63,970 nt of DNA from an uncultured Gammaproteobacteria bacterium. GTDB taxonomy: Bacteria > Patescibacteriota > Microgenomatia > PFEM01 > JAHIFH01. This document shows positions 61,842-63,970 of the stretch, one piece after another (position 1 is the first letter of the stretch; each line of letters starts with the position of its first letter). Made by a program: the position numbers and the translations under genes. The notes beneath the pieces were generated by a model. It had not been told where the DNA came from. It saw nothing but the letters and a program-made list of their open reading frames with translations, and did not search any database. The stretch is taken from positions 1 to 63,970 of the forward strand of contig CAYFXA010000003.1 of NCBI GenBank assembly GCA_964347135.1, written 5' to 3'.

Positions 61842-62697
61842 CCCAACCAAAATACCTATTCGCGCTTCTACCCAAGAGCATTTGGATATCGAAGATATCC
61901 AAGATGGTATTGTCATTCTTAAAGATGGCAGTTGCTGTTTGGTTATTGCCACAACAGCGATTAATTTTGGCTTGCTTTCAGAAAAAGAACAAGAAGCAAC
62001 CATCTATGCCTACGCTGGCCTTCTAAACTCCCTTACTTTTTCCATTCAAATCGTTCTTCGTTCTCAAAGAAAAGACATTTCTGGCTACGTCAAACTGGTT
62101 AGGCAAGCCGAGGAAAAAGAAACCAAAAAAGAAATCAAGGCTCAAATTCAAAAATATCGTCAATTTATTGAGGAAACCGTGGCTAAAAATGAAGTCCTTG
62201 ATAAAAAATTCTACCTTGTTATTCCCATGAGCGCCTTGGAGCTCGGAGTTAAACAAGCGCTTACCTCTGCTTTTGCCAGGAAAAAACTACCCTTTGACAA
62301 AGACTACATTTTACAAAAAGCAAAAACCAATCTTTATCCCAAGCGAGACCACGTTCTGCGCCAAGTAGCTCGTTTGGGGCTCAAAGGAAAACAACTTAAC
62401 ACTCAAGAACTAATCCAGCTTTTCTTTAATGTTTACAACCCTGAGGTTAAAGGCCAGCAAATAACCACCGCAGGCCAATATCAAAGACCAATGGTTGAAC
62501 CAGCCATGGCCAAAGCAGAAGAGGTTCCAACTATCCCAACCCAACCAAGTCCGATTGGTAAAGAAAAAAATCAAGAAACAGAGGTAAGAAAACCTTCCCA
62601 ATTTCCAAAAGAAATTGAAGTAGAAACCAAACCAGCTAAAGAAGAATCAATTCAAAATCAAATTGATGGCTTAATCAAAAAAGCGGTTAATAAATGA
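61819..62697 (+). CDS. hypothetical protein resembling the N-terminal (non-ATPase) domain of Gram-positive VirB4/ORF16-type proteins
   Basis: 292 aa with a GTG start overlapping the upstream gene by 23 nt. IEDIQDGIVILKDGSCCLVIATTAINFGLLSEKEQEATIYAYAGLLNSLTFSIQIVLRSQ follows the pattern I recall for VirB4 N-domains. No Walker motifs. Confidence 0.4.
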   Translation: MDLPKTLDPTKIPIRASTQEHLDIEDIQDGIVILKDGSCCLVIATTAINFGLLSEKEQEATIYAYAGLLNSLTFSIQIVLRSQRKDISGYVKLVRQAEEKETKKEIKAQIQKYRQFIEETVAKNEVLDKKFYLVIPMSALELGVKQALTSAFARKKLPFDKDYILQKAKTNLYPKRDHVLRQVARLGLKGKQLNTQELIQLFFNVYNPEVKGQQITTAGQYQRPMVEPAMAKAEEVPTIPTQPSPIGKEKNQETEVRKPSQFPKEIEVETKPAKEESIQNQIDGLIKKAVNK

Positions 62698-63970
62698 AAC
62701 TACCAATTATTGGCAAAAAGGTTTCAAAAGAAAAAAAAGAAGAAAAGGCAAAAGCTCCTTCCCCTCAAGTAGCGGCTACTGAAGGCGTTACTAGGCCAGT
62801 GGTTGACCCTCTTTCCCAACTTAGTCAGGGAATGGTTTCGGTCCAAGATGTGATTGCTCCTGGCGCTCTTGAAGTTGATTTTGACCACCTTAAAATTGGC
62901 AATAAATACTTTCGAACCTTGTTTGTTGCTGGTTATCCCCGCTTTGTTGCTGCTAACTGGCTGGCTTCCTTAATTAACTTCGACCATTCACTTGATGTAG
63001 CGATGTATATCTACCCTGTTGAAGGAAAATCTGTTCTTGATGAATTACGCCGAAAAATTGCGGAGATGGAAGCGGAAATCCAAACCGATATCCAGCGAGG
63101 GAAAATCGTTGACCCTGCCACTCAAGCCAAACTCGAAGACGCCCGTAATCTCCAGGAACAGTTAGTTAAAGGAGCGGAGCGCTTTTTCCAATTTGGTCTT
63201 TACATCACCATCCCCGCTGATTCTCTTGAAGAACTTAACCAAGTTTCTAAAGAAGTTGAATCTGCCCTTGGTGCTTTGCTAATTGTTTCCAAACACGCCA
63301 CTCTTCAAATGGAAGATGGCTTTAAAGCTACCATTCCCACCATGGTTGACCGCTTAATGATTACTCGCAATATGGACACCACCTCTTTGGCCACCACCTT
63401 TCCTTTTACTTCATCAGAATTAACCGCCAATGAAGGCATTATGTACGGCATCAATGACCACAATGACTCTTTAGTTGTTTTTGACCGTTTTACTTTGGAA
63501 AACGCCAATTCAGTTATTTTTGGTAAGTCGGGTGGAGGTAAATCTTACATGGTCAAACTCGAAGCTCTTCGTTCTCTTTTGTTTGGCACGGAAGTAATTA
63601 TTATTGACCCAGAAAAAGAATATGAAGCCTTAGCCAAAGTCGTGGGGGGTGAATACATTACCTTTGGTTTTGACTCCCCTTCCAAAATTAATCCTTTTGA
63701 TTTATCCGCGGTTTACGAGGAAGGTGAGAATGAACTGGGACTAAAAATCCTTTCCCTTCACTCTTTGTTTAAAGTAATTATGGGTAAACTCACGGCTACT
63801 GAAGAAGCAGTTCTTGACCGGGCTTTAATCTTAACCTACAGAATGAAAGGAATTACCCCTGACCCCGCTACTCAAAAAAAAGAGCCACCCTTAATGGAAG
63901 ATTTGTACAAAGCCTTGCGAGGAATGGAAGAACCAGAAGCAACCACTCTTGCTGACCGAATTGAAAAATT
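62694..63970 (+). CDS. VirB4/TrbE-like T4SS ATPase, N-terminal ~425 aa (continues past right edge)
   Basis: Not in the ORF track because it is open at the edge. An ATGA overlap joins it to the upstream stop. MKLPIIGKK...DVIAPGALEVDFDHLKIGNKYFRTLFVAGYPRFV...Walker A VIFGKSGGGKSY...IIIDPEKEY. Confidence 0.8.
   Translation, partial: MKLPIIGKKVSKEKKEEKAKAPSPQVAATEGVTRPVVDPLSQLSQGMVSVQDVIAPGALEVDFDHLKIGNKYFRTLFVAGYPRFVAANWLASLINFDHSLDVAMYIYPVEGKSVLDELRRKIAEMEAEIQTDIQRGKIVDPATQAKLEDARNLQEQLVKGAERFFQFGLYITIPADSLEELNQVSKEVESALGALLIVSKHATLQMEDGFKATIPTMVDRLMITRNMDTTSLATTFPFTSSELTANEGIMYGINDHNDSLVVFDRFTLENANSVIFGKSGGGKSYMVKLEALRSLLFGTEVIIIDPEKEYEALAKVVGGEYITFGFDSPSKINPFDLSAVYEEGENELGLKILSLHSLFKVIMGKLTATEEAVLDRALILTYRMKGITPDPATQKKEPPLMEDLYKALRGMEEPEATTLADRIEK

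Overview
AT-rich (about 40% GC by eye), tightly packed bacterial chromosome segment. All calls rest on motif-level reading of the ORF track and hand-folding of RNAs; no searches or computations were run.

The gene content points to an ultrasmall, anaerobic Patescibacteria/CPR-type organism (inference):
- class III RNR
- an archaeal-type short triose-phosphate isomerase inside a glycolysis/nucleoside-sugar operon
- two tandem PBP1A genes
- many membrane-anchored, Cys-rich surface proteins
- frequent 4-nt gene overlaps
- many -10 boxes only 6-8 nt from the start codon

Layout:
- **0-31.6 kb, core genes:** nrdD plus a glutaredoxin-like gene, cohesin/dockerin surface proteins, 2x PBP1A, a beta-lactamase-like gene, an AEP-type primase-like gene, a radical SAM gene, the pfkB-fba-deoC-gap-pgk-LOG-tpiA operon, the Rrf2-nifS-nifU operon, glycosidases, a pilin-like protein, an RRM protein and an LD-carboxypeptidase.
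- **31.6-37.85 kb, accessory island next to tRNA-Asn:** single-gene modules (GNAT, deaminase+DinB, Cys-rich protein, EamA, 2H phosphoesterase, small ORF) separated by at least 7 degenerate copies of one repeat.
- **37.9-44.8 kb:** rpoD-dnaG, a tRNA-punctuated stretch with four tRNA-Ser and two tRNA-Arg, comF, and tmRNA plus smpB.
- **49.4 kb to the right edge, strongest candidate for a novel system:** a type-IV-secretion-like locus. It holds eight VirB2/TrbC-like pilin paralogs, a 1031-aa glycosidase/Cys-rich secreted protein, a VirB6-like membrane protein, a PrgI/VirB3-like protein, a VirB4-N-domain-like protein and a VirB4-like ATPase cut by the window edge. uppS and a polyprenyl synthase are wedged antisense inside it, and an orphan 554-aa gene also lies antisense.
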